Positions 26,230-40,497 of a stretch of 64,000 bases of DNA are shown piece by piece (the first letter of the stretch is position 1; each line of letters opens with the position of its first letter). The DNA is from Octopus vulgaris (Eukaryota), in NCBI GenBank assembly GCA_951406725.2, contig OX597818.1, positions 114,390,001-114,454,000 on the forward strand, read 5' to 3'. The notes beneath the pieces were generated by a model, which was not told the DNA's origin, made no database searches, and saw nothing but the letters and a program-made list of their open reading frames with translations. The translations under genes and the position numbers were made by a program.

Positions 26230-26700
26230 CACAGCATATTAGACTCTTGGAAATGAAAAAAATCCTAACATGGGGCTCTCACAAGTAACTTTAGATGCTA
26301 AGAACCCTCTTAAGTATCCTAGCTGTCCCTAACAGCACTGGTTTCTGGAGCTGTACTAAACTTTATTTCTTGCCTATATTCTCTGTCCATCTGTTCAGCT
26401 CTTTAGGGATAGTTCCCAATACACTTACATCTACTGGGATACATTTTACCCACACTTATTATAGTTTCTGTAATTTAATGGCTAGGTCCTGGTACTTTGC
26501 TATTTTTTCTATACCTCTCATATTGATTTTTTCATCATTTGGGACTGTAAAGTTAATTACCTGGCACTTTCTATTCTCTTTACCTACTACTTCTAAATCA
26601 GGCCTTCTAGCTTCTATTACTCTGTCAGTCTGAATATTAAAGTCCTACATCTTGTATTTCTTACTTTCTAGTATTTTACTAAATTCATTTTTATACCTTC
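26230..26700 (-). mobile_element. R4/Dong-type RLE C-terminal fragment ending in (TAA)n
   Basis: DFNIQTDRVIEARRPDL..KIAKYQDLAIKLQKL..LQKPVLLGTARILKRVL (PD-(D/E)xK restriction-like endonuclease). Confidence 0.85.
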
Positions 26701-27142
26701 TGAGCGGGGTTGAAATATTCTGTTTGCATCTGGTTTGTGGTGGTGACTACGCTCAAATTGGGCAATGATTCTCCTCCAACTTGGACAACTGAGTACAAAA
26801 ACTAAGTTGATGCACAGCCTTTTTCAAGTAGCTCTAAAAAAGATGATTTAAAACACAAGAACACTGTAATCATATAAAAAAAATTCACGGTCTGTAGTTA
26901 TAAAAGAATTGCATGAATTAAAGAAGCATTTTAAAAAACTTTCTTGCAGAAAATGTGGGAAATATGTTAACAGGCGGAGAAATATGTAACAAACAACGGA
27001 GACTACTTTAAAAAAACCAAGTAATTCTTTGTACAATCTGTTCTCATGGTTTATTGTTAGTGGTGTAGTCAATCTTTTGAATACCCACCCTGAATACAGA
27101 AATATTCACAAACACAAACAAATAACTCCCACTCCACCGCAT

Positions 27143-27247
<105 letters not shown>

Positions 27248-27745
27248 CGTACGTTTATCTACACACAAAGTCATACAAGCATAGACTTTGATTTCAAACT
27301 TTAGTACAAGGCCTACAAGTTTGTGGGGGAGGGGTAAGTCGATTACATCGACCCCAGAGCACATTTCATCGATCTCGATGATGAGAGGCGCAGTCAATCT
27401 CGACAGAATTTGATCATCTCAGAACATAAGAACGGACGAAATGCCACTAAGCATTTTATCCGGCGTGCTAACCGTTCTGCCAGCCTGTCTCCTTAATGCA
27501 CACACAAAAATTCATTATAATTTTTATACAGTTTCAAAGTATAGACGGTGGCGACTTATTCAAACTGTTAGTTTATCAATGAGCTGTCGTTGCTAAAACT
27601 TCGTACTCATCCACTAAGGGTGGATGCTATTGTAGCTTGTAGCCCCAGGTGAACATCTTCTCCAGCTGGCTATTGACACACTTTCTGTGCTCTATCGGTA
27701 TTTGCAAAAGGAAGCCATCCTTCCCATCGTCGACCTGACGTGATA

Positions 27746-27790
27746 CACACGGACCCGGGTTTCTGGGTATTTACCCGTCGTCAGCGCACG
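27746..27790 (-). ncRNA. Minimal type-I hammerhead ribozyme
   Basis: Minus strand cgtgcg-CTGACGA-cgggtaaataccca-GAAA-cccggg-TC-cgtgtg. Full core, GUC triplet, palindromic stem III. Confidence 0.75.
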
Positions 27791-28061
27791 ACAATCACCG
27801 GTCTTCGATGCGAAGGGGTCCCAATGCAGCTGGAGAATATGTTCTCCTGGGGCTATGAGCTACAGTAGCATCTACCCTTAGTGGTTAGCCACATTTAAGT
27901 GACAAATATACTTCACATTGTCGTGCAGCTACTGTTTATACCTCGTTCAGAGATTTATTATTGCTTGTTTACACTTTTTCGAGATCAGTGATTTTTCGTC
28001 ACAGGAAAAAGGATATATGTATTTGCATTGGGACCCCTTCGCCTCGAAGACCGGTGATTGT

Positions 28062-28106
28062 CGTGCGCTGACGACGGGTAAATATCCAGAAACCAGGGTC
28101 CGTGCG
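28062..28106 (+). ncRNA. Minimal type-I hammerhead ribozyme (inverted copy of 27746)
   Basis: cgtgcg-CTGACGA-cgggtaaatatcca-GAAA-ccaggg-TC-cgtgcg. Confidence 0.7.
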
Positions 28107-28322
28107 TATCACGCCAGGTCGACGATGAGAAGGATGGCTTCCCTTTGCAAGTACTAATAGGGGACAGAAAATATGTCAATAGCCAGCTGGAGAAGATGTT
28201 CTCCTGGGGCTACAAGCTACAGTAGTACCCACTCTTAGTGGTTAGCCACATTTAAGTGGCAAATATACTTCACATTGTCGTGCAGCTATTGTTTGTACCT
28301 CGTTCAGAGATTTATTATTGCT

Positions 28323-28394
<72 letters not shown>

Positions 28395-28751
28395 CAAAAT
28401 AAGCAAAAAGGATATCCAGAGGTAATGCAGTACGATCGTTTCATGCGACTCCATTTAATTGAACAATGCATTTAAAGATGTTTTTGTTAAATATTGTTAT
28501 TGTTTTTATTGAATAAAATTTGTTGAAAACAGCTGCAATAATTATGCACCTACCTAATATATATGTATATATGCATGTATGTGTATGTGTGCCTCAGTGT
28601 GTGTGTGAGTGTGTGTGTATTTGTGTGTCTGCGTGTGAGCCTGTGTCTGTGTATGTGTGTGCATGTGTGTGTGTCTGTGTGTTTGTGTATGTGTTTGTGT
28701 GTGTGTGTGTATTTATATATATATGTATGTATATATGCATGTATGAGCCTC

Positions 28752-28794
<43 letters not shown>

Positions 28795-29269
28795 ACATTA
28801 TTACATATATTATGCACATATGAAATTGATAAAAATGACGTTGGTGGCAACAAGACTGAGTAAATATATGTAAAATAAACAAGTTCAAGGCTTCTATTTT
28901 TTTAATCATCATACGAATAAATAATGAAAGCGAATCAGTGCATGAAACATACTTCTTCACATTTGTTTAGTGTAAGACTGGTTTAATGATTCTGCAATAA
29001 AAAGTTTTTTAACCAACTTACAAACTTAACAACCAAAATTACGTAAACAATTCTCCTAGCATGACCGGAATTTCCACCTTCATTTTGAAATTCCCAAGAA
29101 GTAAAAATACCATTGCTTAACTACCGTACGCAAAAGAATGTAGTTTGCCCACCACAGTTGGCTTGCTTTTGCGTTCTGGAGTGTTAGCTTCTAAATCTTC
29201 CTATAATTTGTACAGCAATTTCTTAATACTTAAATTACAGTAATACACATATATATGTATTAGACAATA

Positions 29270-30742
29270 GCTTGTGTGACAGGGTTGCTGCCAAACTGTA
29301 GCAAACCTGATGTTCCTTTGAACCCAGCAGTGTTGGAAAGAGAAGGAACATGCTGCATGTGCAACATCCTGTCCCCCATAACACATCACCCAGTTCGGTA
29401 TCCGAACTCCACTACACGTCACTCAACAACACACCCGCACCTTGCAACCGGAGAGGACACTCCAGCTTCGCCAACAGCGTGGACACAGCACGGGGTATAG
29501 CAGTTAGCGGTGATAAACCTTCAATCATTGGCGTAAAGCAAAGCACCAGGGTTTGCTCCCGACGGTAGGAGAGATTTTCGGAGCTCACTGTGCAGCTATC
29601 GCCTGCTTTAAGCTGGGTATCGCCCAGTTAGTGGGTGCTGTCCCGTCACAGTTTGCTTTCCTCATTAGGAGAATGAGGGTTAGGATTCGTTAGAACAGCA
29701 GATGGTAACCTTCACACCAGATAAAACGGCAAAGCAACAAAAGAGACCAGCTCTAAAATTGAGAACTTGGAATGGCTGACAATGATGACTGGCCTTTTCG
29801 ATAACATGCTGAACAGCAGCGACTACAGAAAAACTGCCGTGGTTAACACTGTACTGATGAGACTGAAGGTGGACATAGCTGCCCTTCAGGAAACACAGCT
29901 TTCGTAGACCTCACCAAGGCGGTTGATCTGGTCAGTAGAGGCAGCCTATTCAAGATACTCCCAAAGATTGGCTGCCACGAAATCTGCAAAGCATGATCAA
30001 ATTCTTCTAAACCAACAAAAAGGGGACAGTGCAGTTTAACGGGAGCATCTCAAAGCCGTTCAACGTTTGAAGCGGCGTCAAACAAGGCTGCATCCTTGCA
30101 CCTACACTCTTTGGATTTTCTTTGCTCTTGTTTTGAACCACGCATTCAACACTGCAACAGAAGGGATCTTCCTGCATACCAGATAGGACGGCAGACTGTT
30201 CAATTTCGCCCACCTCAGATCGAAATCAAAGGCGCGCAAAACCCTCATCAGAGACACGCTATTTGCCGATGATACTGCGTGTGTGACACACTCCCAGCAG
30301 GAACTCTAGTTACTGCTGGACCGCTTCTCCCAGGCCTCAGGGACTTTGGATTGACATTCAGCCTAAAGAAGACAAAAGACTCGGGAGAGGACAGAGAGGC
30401 ACCGCTGGTCATCAAAATTGATGACTACCAACTCCATGTTGTCCATCAGTTCACTTACCTCGGCTCTACCATCATCGACAGTTTCTCTCGGTACAGTGCT
30501 TGACAAGAAGATCGGGAAGGCAGCCACGGCACTTGCTTGCCTGACAACCCGTGTGTGGACAAACCCCATGCTGATGCTAAAGACCAAGAAAGCAGTGTAC
30601 AGCGTCTGTGTCACCGGTACACTGCCATCTGGCAGTGTGACGAGTCAGATATACCAGACGGGAGAGGCGACTCAACACTTTCCATCTGAGAAGCCCACGT
30701 GATATCCTGGGCATAATCTGGCAACACAGTGTCTAACACTAA
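29270..30742 (+). mobile_element. Internally deleted RTE/BovB-like LINE
   Basis: 5' UTR and endonuclease start (LKLRTWN..VDIAALQET) are fused at ~29900 directly to RT (FVDLTKAVD..GVKQGCILAPTLF..LFADD..FTYLGST..RVWTN..KTKKAVY). Confidence 0.85.
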
Positions 30743-30796
30743 TGTGTATGTATGTATGTATGTATGTATGTATTTATGTATGTATGTATGTATGTA

Positions 30797-31790
30797 TGAT
30801 ATGCCCTCAACTGCCTGGATAACCACCTTTGCTAGCTACGCAGACAAGAAAGTCTCACAGAAAATACAGATATCGCACGTCTGCAGCAGGAGTTGGACTC
30901 AATTTACAGATGGGCTGAGGATAATAATATGCAGTTTAATGCTGAAAAATTCCAAGCCCTGTGCTATCAGCGTCCAAAACTGAATATGAAACTTACAAAG
31001 TAGACAGGTCCACAGGGAATTACAATCCCAGAGCCTAAATAAGGGAGGGTTCTGGGTATCGACATGAGTGATGTTACCTCTTTGCAAGTGGACATTACCA
31101 GGATGGCGACAAGGTGCAGACGACTGGCTGGCTGGATCTTTAGAACATTCAGAACTAGAGGAAAGGAAACCATGACGGTCCTCTGAAGGACATTCGTCCT
31201 CAGACTGGATTACTGCTCCCAGCTATGGTCACTCAGCAGTTTAAAATTAACAGCGCACCTTGACGCAATCCAACACGGTTCACAAAGAAGACCGTCTCAT
31301 TGCAACAGCTCAGCTACTGGGAAAGGCTGAAACAGCTAAGACTCTACTCCCTGCAGCGAAGGTGGAGGAGATATGCAGTAATATACATCTGGAAGACCCT
31401 GGAAGGAATTGTGCCAAATTTTGGCATTGAAAGCCACACCAATGCCAGAACGGGTCGACACTGCACAGTGCCAAAGATCCTAGCAATGCCATCGCCCTTC
31501 AATACCAGTTACTGCAACAGCCTGGGTTTCAAGGGCTCAAAGCTTTTAAATATTCTCCCAAAGAGCTCGCGGAACCTACACAAAATGGGTGTAGGTGTTT
31601 TAAAATCAAAACTAGACCTCTTCCTGTCGAGAGTCCCAGATGAACCTACCTCACGGCAAGAGGTGCAAACGAGTAGCGATATCAAAATCCATTCTTCACC
31701 AAGTCCCACATATTAGAGGAAGCTCTTAGTAGTAACAGCGTAGCAAAACGGCGGTGCCCCAGCATGGCCACACCTCACCTGAAACTACAA
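30797..31790 (+). mobile_element. CR1-like (Zenon-type) LINE 3' part
   Basis: SYAD.., LDYCSQLWS, LSYWERLKQLRLYSLQRRWRRYAVIYIWKTLEGIVPN..KSKLDLFLSRVPDEP, plus 3' UTR. Confidence 0.85.
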
Positions 31791-31910
31791 TATATGTACA
31801 CAGACACACACACACACACATATATATATGTATTTATGCATGTATGCATATATGAATGTTCGTACGCATGTACCTTTATATAAGTATATATGTGTGTGTG
31901 TGTGTGTGTG

Positions 31911-31961
<51 letters not shown>

Positions 31962-32286
31962 GCACACACGTACATATACACACATGTAGGAAAATAGATA
32001 AACGGATAGATATAGCGAATAATACCTAGCAACCTGCGAGCAAAATTTAAAAAAATACAAATAATGATAGAACAATAATCCTGATTTATAATAAAATAGC
32101 GTAACTACGGACACAAAACTTGATTCTAGGTAGATTAAACAAGATATTATAATAATAAGAAAAATATATTGCGGAAAAGGTATAGGGACTTGCCGGGAAG
32201 TAGGAGTGGTAGGACGAGGAGAGAGAGAGAAAGAAAAAGGTTGTTAGAGTGGCAACAGTTACCGCCGCCACTGGACTAGCAGCAGC

Positions 32287-32351
<65 letters not shown>

Positions 32352-32504
32352 ATAATTTGAAATGCTGATAAGAATGAAGTTGTAATAATACATAAGGGAA
32401 GGGGTGGATAGGGGGAAGAGGAAAGCTAGGAAGAATGAGGGGGAAAAAGGTGGAGGAGTAGAGGGAGTGGATGTGGAGAAGGATGTATAAAGGAAGGGGA
32501 GGAT

Positions 32505-32545
<41 letters not shown>

Positions 32546-32674
32546 GTATACTTTAAGAGACTTACTATTGTTTCTGCCCCCAAAAGATTTGTTATTGAAC
32601 GGGGTCATTTTTGTTGCTAGGTGACACCACTAACATCACCACCAGCACCACCACCACCACCACCACCACTATCG

Positions 32675-32712
<38 letters not shown>

Positions 32713-33121
32713 TCCACCATTCACAACTGTCGCACAACAACAGCAGCAGTAGCAGCAGTAGCAGCAGCATCAGCAGCAGCAGCACTGTAAACAACAAATT
32801 AAAGGGCAGTGATTAATCCTAATTTCCAGCATTGCTATATGGCCAGGCGGGAGCAAGAGAATCGATCGCAACTACTTGATTGCAACTTAATGTTATCGAA
32901 CCCTTGAAAGTATAAAATGTACAATTAACGGTACAGAATTTTGTAAATTGTGAAGGCGCGCAGCATGTGGTAAGAAGCTCGCTTCCCAATCGCATGGTTC
33001 CGAGTTCAGTCCCACTGGATGACGCCTTTGGCTAGTGTCTTCTACAATAGCCCCTGAAAGAAGCCTATCGTTTAATACTTTTTCTCGTTGTATTACGAGT
33101 TCATTTCTTTATTGTATCTCT

Positions 33122-33512
33122 TTACTTTTTTACTCTTTTACTTATTTCAGTCATGTGACTGTGACCATGCTGGAGCACCGCCTTTAGTCGAGCAAATCGA
33201 CCCCCAGGACTTATTCTCCGTAAGCCTATAACTTATTCTAGCGATCCCCTTTGCCGAACCGCTAAGTTACGGGGACGTAAACACACCAGCATCGATTGTC
33301 AAGTGATGTTGGGGGGGGGGGGACCAACACATCGCTTGACAACCGATGCGGGTGCGTTTACATCCCCTTAACTTAACGGTTCGGTAAAAGACCCCGATAG
33401 AATAAGTACTAGGCTTACAAAGAATAAGTCCTGGGGTCGATTTGCTCGACTAAAGGCGGCGCTCCAGCATGGTCACAGTCACATGACTGAAATAAGTAAA
33501 AGAGTAAAAGAG
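33122..33512. repeat. Inverted pair of SINE-A 3' halves around a poly-G spacer
   Basis: 33122-33310 (minus) versus 33331-33512 (plus). Confidence 0.85.
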
Positions 33513-33640
33513 TTAATGGTAGCATTAATTTATTTCCCAGCGTTCTCACTGTTGTACCACCCGACATACGCTTAACGGCAACGGTGACTAAATTGGTCTA
33601 AGTATATACAATTTGTAAATGGAGTCAGTTCCCGGTTTTT

Positions 33641-33679
<39 letters not shown>

Positions 33680-34565
33680 AGACTCAGAGGGTGAGTGGGA
33701 GAGATTGAGAAAGAGAGAGATGGTAAATGTGTGTATTCAGGAAGACTGACATTTATGTGTTTGTGCAATGTGAGTAATACGGTGTGTTCCATACAGATAA
33801 TAATTCTGTGACGTCAGTGTACTTCTGTTGGTGAGCTTCTTGACCATTCGTCCAAGCTCTACACGTGTCCTGGGATGCTCGGCCCATTGTGTTGAAACAA
33901 ATCGATGTTTCTGCTAATTAGCGAGCCCCCTCAACACAAAACCATGAGACCACCCGCTTTGAGTCTTTCAGTGATCTGATGGAAAGAAAATGGCGCTCGA
34001 TAAAGCGTAACGACAGGTTCAAAGAGCGAAACCCATCGCAGAACTTGACTGGTCCATTAATTTATCGATCCCAGAACAATAAAAGATAAAATTGACCTCT
34101 ATTTCGGAAGGATCAAAGACGGAAGTTGCCGTCAGTGGGATTTGCACTCGGAAAATAATGAACCAGAACATATAACTCAAAATATTTTGATACTGTAATT
34201 CTTATCACTTCCTCTGTACTTCACTGGTACTTTAATTTATAGACCGGGGAAGAATGAAAAGAAAACAAAGTTGACGACGGTAGATTTAAACTCAGAATAT
34301 ACAGAACCAGAACAAATTCAGTAATCAATCATATACTACTCCTTTGATCTAGGATGCGTTCAATTGGTTTTTTTTTGTGTGTGTGTGTGTTTCTTCGGGA
34401 GTTATAATTGGTGATTGTAAAGTGAAATTCTCCACCAAGTGAAAGGAGACGCAGACTATTTATCAGTACATTCAGCCCATTCTATGGGGACTGAGAATAT
34501 TTAGCCACGTTTTGAACCGAAATCTTCCATCAAAACAAATTTGTCCGGATGAGGAAATTCTCAAG

Positions 34566-35015
34566 ATGATTACTAAGTTGTTTATAGCATTTATCTATCT
34601 GAAGCTCACGAACACAAATGCTTCAAGCGTAACACCTGAGTTGTGTCGCAGAACTATCGTTTTCAAAGTCAGGTGGAAGCGTCTTAATTCAGTTTCTGAA
34701 AAGAATATAAGTACATCTCAGGTTGAGATTTTGATAGACAACAAATACCTTATAGACGGGTTCGATTAGCACTTCTACCGATTCAGAAGAAACAGTGTCC
34801 TCTACCATAAGTACACGAACAAAATTTGCTTTGGAGGCACGAAACCAGATCCAACCGTAAATGTTCAAAGCGTTTTCATTGTCCCCCGACACCGGACCCC
34901 GACTCCTGCCAGAAACATTAAGTGGGTTACAAATGCAACCCCTGTGCTCCTTGTTCCCAAACCTATGCACCTACTTCAGCTAGCAGTGAAGTCCTGGCAA
35001 GACGAGTTTCACTGA
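34566..35015 (+). pseudogene. Possible disrupted gene for a secreted Cys-rich protein
   Basis: Signal-like MITKLFIAFIYLKLTNTNA. The frame continues after one TAG. A shifted frame gives KCSKRFHCPPTPDPDSCQKH*VGYKCNPCAPCSQ. No family confidently recognised. Confidence 0.25.
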
Positions 35016-35029
35016 GAACAGAAATATGT

Positions 35030-35785
<756 letters not shown>

Positions 35786-36394
35786 GTAAGCATATTAGAT
35801 GGGGTTCTTTGGAAAAGTCATTTAAATATAAGGGTTGGGAAGCACGGGTATAGATTATCCATCACTTTTCTTCCACCGGTTGTCTTTTGTGTTACAGCTT
35901 TGCTTTCAATGGAGTCCACTTATATGAGGACTTGCGCGCGCTTGTATGAGTGTGTGTGTGTTGTGTGTTCACAGTAACATCGTATGATATAGCGAAAAAT
36001 ATTGATGTGACGGCAATGCACTTTAACTGGTGTATCACGTCACCTGTCGTCGGAGCTTACGCTAGATTATGTATTATCGAATAATTAGTAGGAATAAAAA
36101 AACGAGTAGCTTTGAGAATACGCTTTTCCCTATATATGCATATGCGTGCACTTGTGCACTACGAGCATGTGTGCATGGCAGTGTTCACAAGTTTGTGTGT
36201 GTTGTGTGTGTGTGTGTTTGTGTGTTTCTAAGCGTTTATTGTCCTTGATGTAGTCTTGGATACAGACTGGTAACACTCACGCTTTGAAAGATGTGTGCTA
36301 TTCTGTTTATATTTTCAATGAAAACACTGGCTGACTAGCATAGCCACTTAGCATGAAAATATATCTTACATATATGCATATATGCCAATGTATA

Positions 36395-36444
<50 letters not shown>

Positions 36445-36479
36445 ATGTATATATATGTATGTATGTATATATATATATG

Positions 36480-36530
<51 letters not shown>

Positions 36531-36609
36531 GTATGTATACATATATAAAATATACAATATACCAACTTATATGTATACATACAGAATTACACATTCGACA
36601 TAAACGCAT

Positions 36610-36674
<65 letters not shown>

Positions 36675-37089
36675 TGTTCTTTTTATTTTCTTATTATAGG
36701 TAGTGGGTAACGATTTTCTTCTCTACTTCAAGGATTGACGACCCTGCCTGACATGGGTCCCGGGCTTAGCTGGCTCCGGCTGACAGTACCCGGTATGGGC
36801 CCCTACGGAAAGGAGACAATCTTCAAAGAAATCCTGAGTGGAGCTTCGATAGGCGGTTTAGTGTTCAACACGATACTCTTCAGGCAGCTCCTGCAACCAA
36901 GCTGCTGCCAAACGTAGTGCTCTGCACTCCTTTGGAATACGTCAGCGAGGTCGAGAGAGGAATCCTGACGATTGGGTTACCCAAGATTTTCTTACATCTA
37001 GTCTTGGTCTGCGCAAAACGAGCAAAAACAAGACTGGATCATTTTATGCGTAACTCCAATGCCTCCCGAGACAAAAGGATGCCAACAAC

Positions 37090-37317
37090 AAGAATTCTTT
37101 TACTTGTTTTAGTCATTTGACCGCGGCCATGCTGGAGCACCACCTTTTGTTGAACGAATCACACCCACAGGACTTATTTTTTTGTAACCCTAGTACTTAT
37201 TCTACAGGCTTCTTTTGCCGAACCGGTAAGCTACGGAAACGTAAACATACCAACATCGGTTGTCAAGCGATGGTGGGGTGGGGGACAAACACAGACACAC
37301 AAACGTATGTATGTATG

Positions 37318-37368
<51 letters not shown>

Positions 37369-37497
37369 GACCGGCTTCTTTCAGTTTCCGTCTACTAAAG
37401 CCACTCACAAGGCTTTGATCGGCCTGCCACGCAATGGGACTGAACCCGGAAACCATGCATTTGGGAAGCAAGCTTCATGCCACACAATCATGCCTGC

Positions 37498-37500
<3 letters not shown>
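37090..37500 (-). mobile_element. SINE family A copy
   Basis: Reverse complement of the 53103 copy, with an internal deletion. Confidence 0.8.
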
Positions 37501-37552
<52 letters not shown>

Positions 37553-37562
37553 CGTGTGTATG

Positions 37563-37604
<42 letters not shown>

Positions 37605-38063
37605 CAAAAATACATATAATGTATGATTATATACAGACATATCTACATATCTACATATACATATACATATGTATGCATAATGGCCCAGTGGTTAGGGCAG
37701 CGGACTTGCGGTCCTAGGATTGCAGTTTCGATTCCCAGACCGGGCGTTCCGAATGTTTATTGAGCGAAAACACCTAAAAGTCCACGAGGCTTCGGCAGAG
37801 GGCGGTGGTGATCATTGGTGTATTCTTTCACCAGAACTTTCTCTGACTCTTTCTTCCAGTTTCTTTTGTAAAAGGGGCCAGCATTGACATACTGTGTCAT
37901 GCTGAATCTTCCCGAAAACTATGTAAGGGATACACGTGACTGTGGAGTGCTCAACCACTTGCACGTTAATTTCACGAGCAAAGCTGTTCCGCAGATCGGA
38001 TCAACTGTAACGCTCTTCGTCACAACCGACGGAGTGCCTGCAATATACATATACTTACGTACA

Positions 38064-38117
<54 letters not shown>

Positions 38118-38232
38118 CACACATACACATAAGCACACACACATACTCACGCATTTATATCTATATCTAAATGTATGCATATATATATAATATATATATG
38201 TATGTATATATGTATGTATATATGTACGTATG

Positions 38233-38293
<61 letters not shown>

Positions 38294-38991
38294 ACATACA
38301 TACATACATACATACACGCATGCATATATATATATGTATGCATGTAAGTGTGTATGGTAGGACAGACAAAAAAAGCGAGGTGGGGGAGAAACAACAGCTT
38401 TTTTTTTGTGGATCGAAAATCGTTTTTCATTTCTTTCTTTCTCTTTCTAGTCATAGCAACCAAATCTAAGGTGATAACTTAATGCGTCAATAAGCAGTAG
38501 CATTAATAATGAAAGAAAGAAAAAAACTGAAGCATTATAAATATTTCAGCTGTGACAATCAATTGAGTATAATCAGACGACTTATGTTCTCCATTTTGCT
38601 TTGTTATTCTGTTGTTGGAGTTGGAAAGAAAATAAAAAAAAGATGTCTCCTTCTAGAAATTAAAAGTAATTGTAATTATTATGACACGTATTTCTATTTT
38701 GGAATGAGAATCTCAGTTTTATTTTGTAATTAAAATGAATATTTGTCGTAATTAAGATATTACGGTAAAAAAATAAACTATAAATAAATACAACGAACAC
38801 AAAGGTTTGTAGAGTCCACCATGTTTAGTCAAGTTGGCGGCTATTGTTTATTAGGATTCTACTGCGCACGCGTTTATTTCGATTCTTCACTGAGATAGAT
38901 CAATCATATATGAACAGTAATTATATTGATACAGTAGCAAACATAAATACGGCAAATAACATTATATATATATATATATATATATATACAT

Positions 38992-39035
<44 letters not shown>

Positions 39036-39037
39036 GC

Positions 39038-39069
<32 letters not shown>

Positions 39070-39349
39070 GTATATATATGTATATATGTAAATATATATA
39101 TATATATATATATATAATATAAAATAAATGCGTAAATAAATAAAGTGAAATCCCTATATCAACAATCCTTGAGTCCTTCCTCGGAAGGAAAAGCCTGATA
39201 TAAGTTTTTTTCTAAATAGCACGGAGAAAAGAATAGAAGTTTTTGTGGTTCTGTGTTTCCAAACAGCTTTTATAGCGTAAATGAAGCGAAATAGCTTGAA
39301 CATTTTGTGGACTTCATCGCTGGAATCATGTCTGAAAAAATATTTTTTG

Positions 39350-39720
39350 CAACTCTGGGCACAAGGCTTTTCGGGAAGGGTTCAGTCGGTTAGATCGACC
39401 TCAATATGCAACTGGTACTTAATTTATCGACCCCGCGAAAGGATGAAAGGCAAAGTCGACCTCAGAACATAAAGACAGACGAAATACCTATTTCTTTACT
39501 ACCCACAAGGGGCTAAACACAGAGAGGACAAACAAGGACAGACAAACTGATTAAGTCGATTATATCGACCCCAGTACGTAACTGGTACTTATTTAATCGA
39601 CCTCGAAAGGATGAAAGGCAAAGTCGAGCTCGGCGGAATTTGAACTCAGAACTTAACGGCAGACGAAATACGGATACGCCTTTCGCCCGGCGTGCTAACG
39701 TTTCTGCCATTTCGCCGCCT
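39350..39720 (-). mobile_element. SINE family B dimer
   Basis: Head at ~39720 and two bodies, the distal one with the alternative tail. Confidence 0.8.
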
Positions 39721-40497
39721 TATGTCTGTAGAAATATTCTTTTCTACTCTAGGCACAAGGCCCAAAATTTTTGAGGAGGGGTTCAGTCAATTAGATCGAT
39801 CTTGGTATGCAGACGGAATACTGCTAAGCATTTCACCCAGCATGCTACTGTTTCTGCCAGCTCGCCGTCTTACGTCTGTAAAAATATTACGTGTTTGATG
39901 TAAACGAAAACGTTGTGTCTATGGCTTTCTGTAAGCTTTCCGAAACCGTTGGAACAGCTGGCGTTCAGCCGCAACAGTCTGGCGTCCTACAAATTGGAAG
40001 ATCTTGTAGTCTCTGTCATTTTACCTGGAAATCTAGGTCAAATAAATCAGTAGTTTGTCTTGAACTAACTTTAAATATTTTAATATTAGTCATTCAAAAA
40101 CCAAAATAGTTCAATATAATTTCTTGATGCTTTTCTAAACGTATAACTTCGGCTCTTCGCTTGAAGGGTCAGTTTGGGAATTGGATCGTGATTCTACTTC
40201 TTCAAATCGTTTACTATTTTGATCTTTACTACTATGCTGAGAAGCAATCATTTGGCTAAGTAGAGAGGGTAGTTTTTAAATTCAGAATCCGTGTTTTCGC
40301 AAGGTCGAAATATGACCAAACAGACGGTCATACTTTACAATTTCTGCAAACGCAAAATCCCGTAATAACCTAAGTTGGATGTAACGCACAGGTACCTCTA
40401 GAAGATTTCTTGCTCATAGCAGCTATTTTATATTGTTTGGAGATTATATTTTTATCACAGTGTTTTGCAGCCAGACCGTTTTCTACTTTATTTTTTA

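Larger units (their letters stand above)
27611..28323. repeat. Nested inverted and direct repeat (Penelope-like pseudo-LTR architecture)
   Basis: 27611-27828 is inverted relative to 28024-28231, and 27827-27966 is a direct copy of ~28184-28323. Confidence 0.8.

Noticed and set aside
36720-36990. GC-richer segment resembling an RTE-type 5' UTR (minus strand) with a possible HDV-like ribozyme
   Set aside because: I could not build the nested double pseudoknot by eye, so it is left uncalled.
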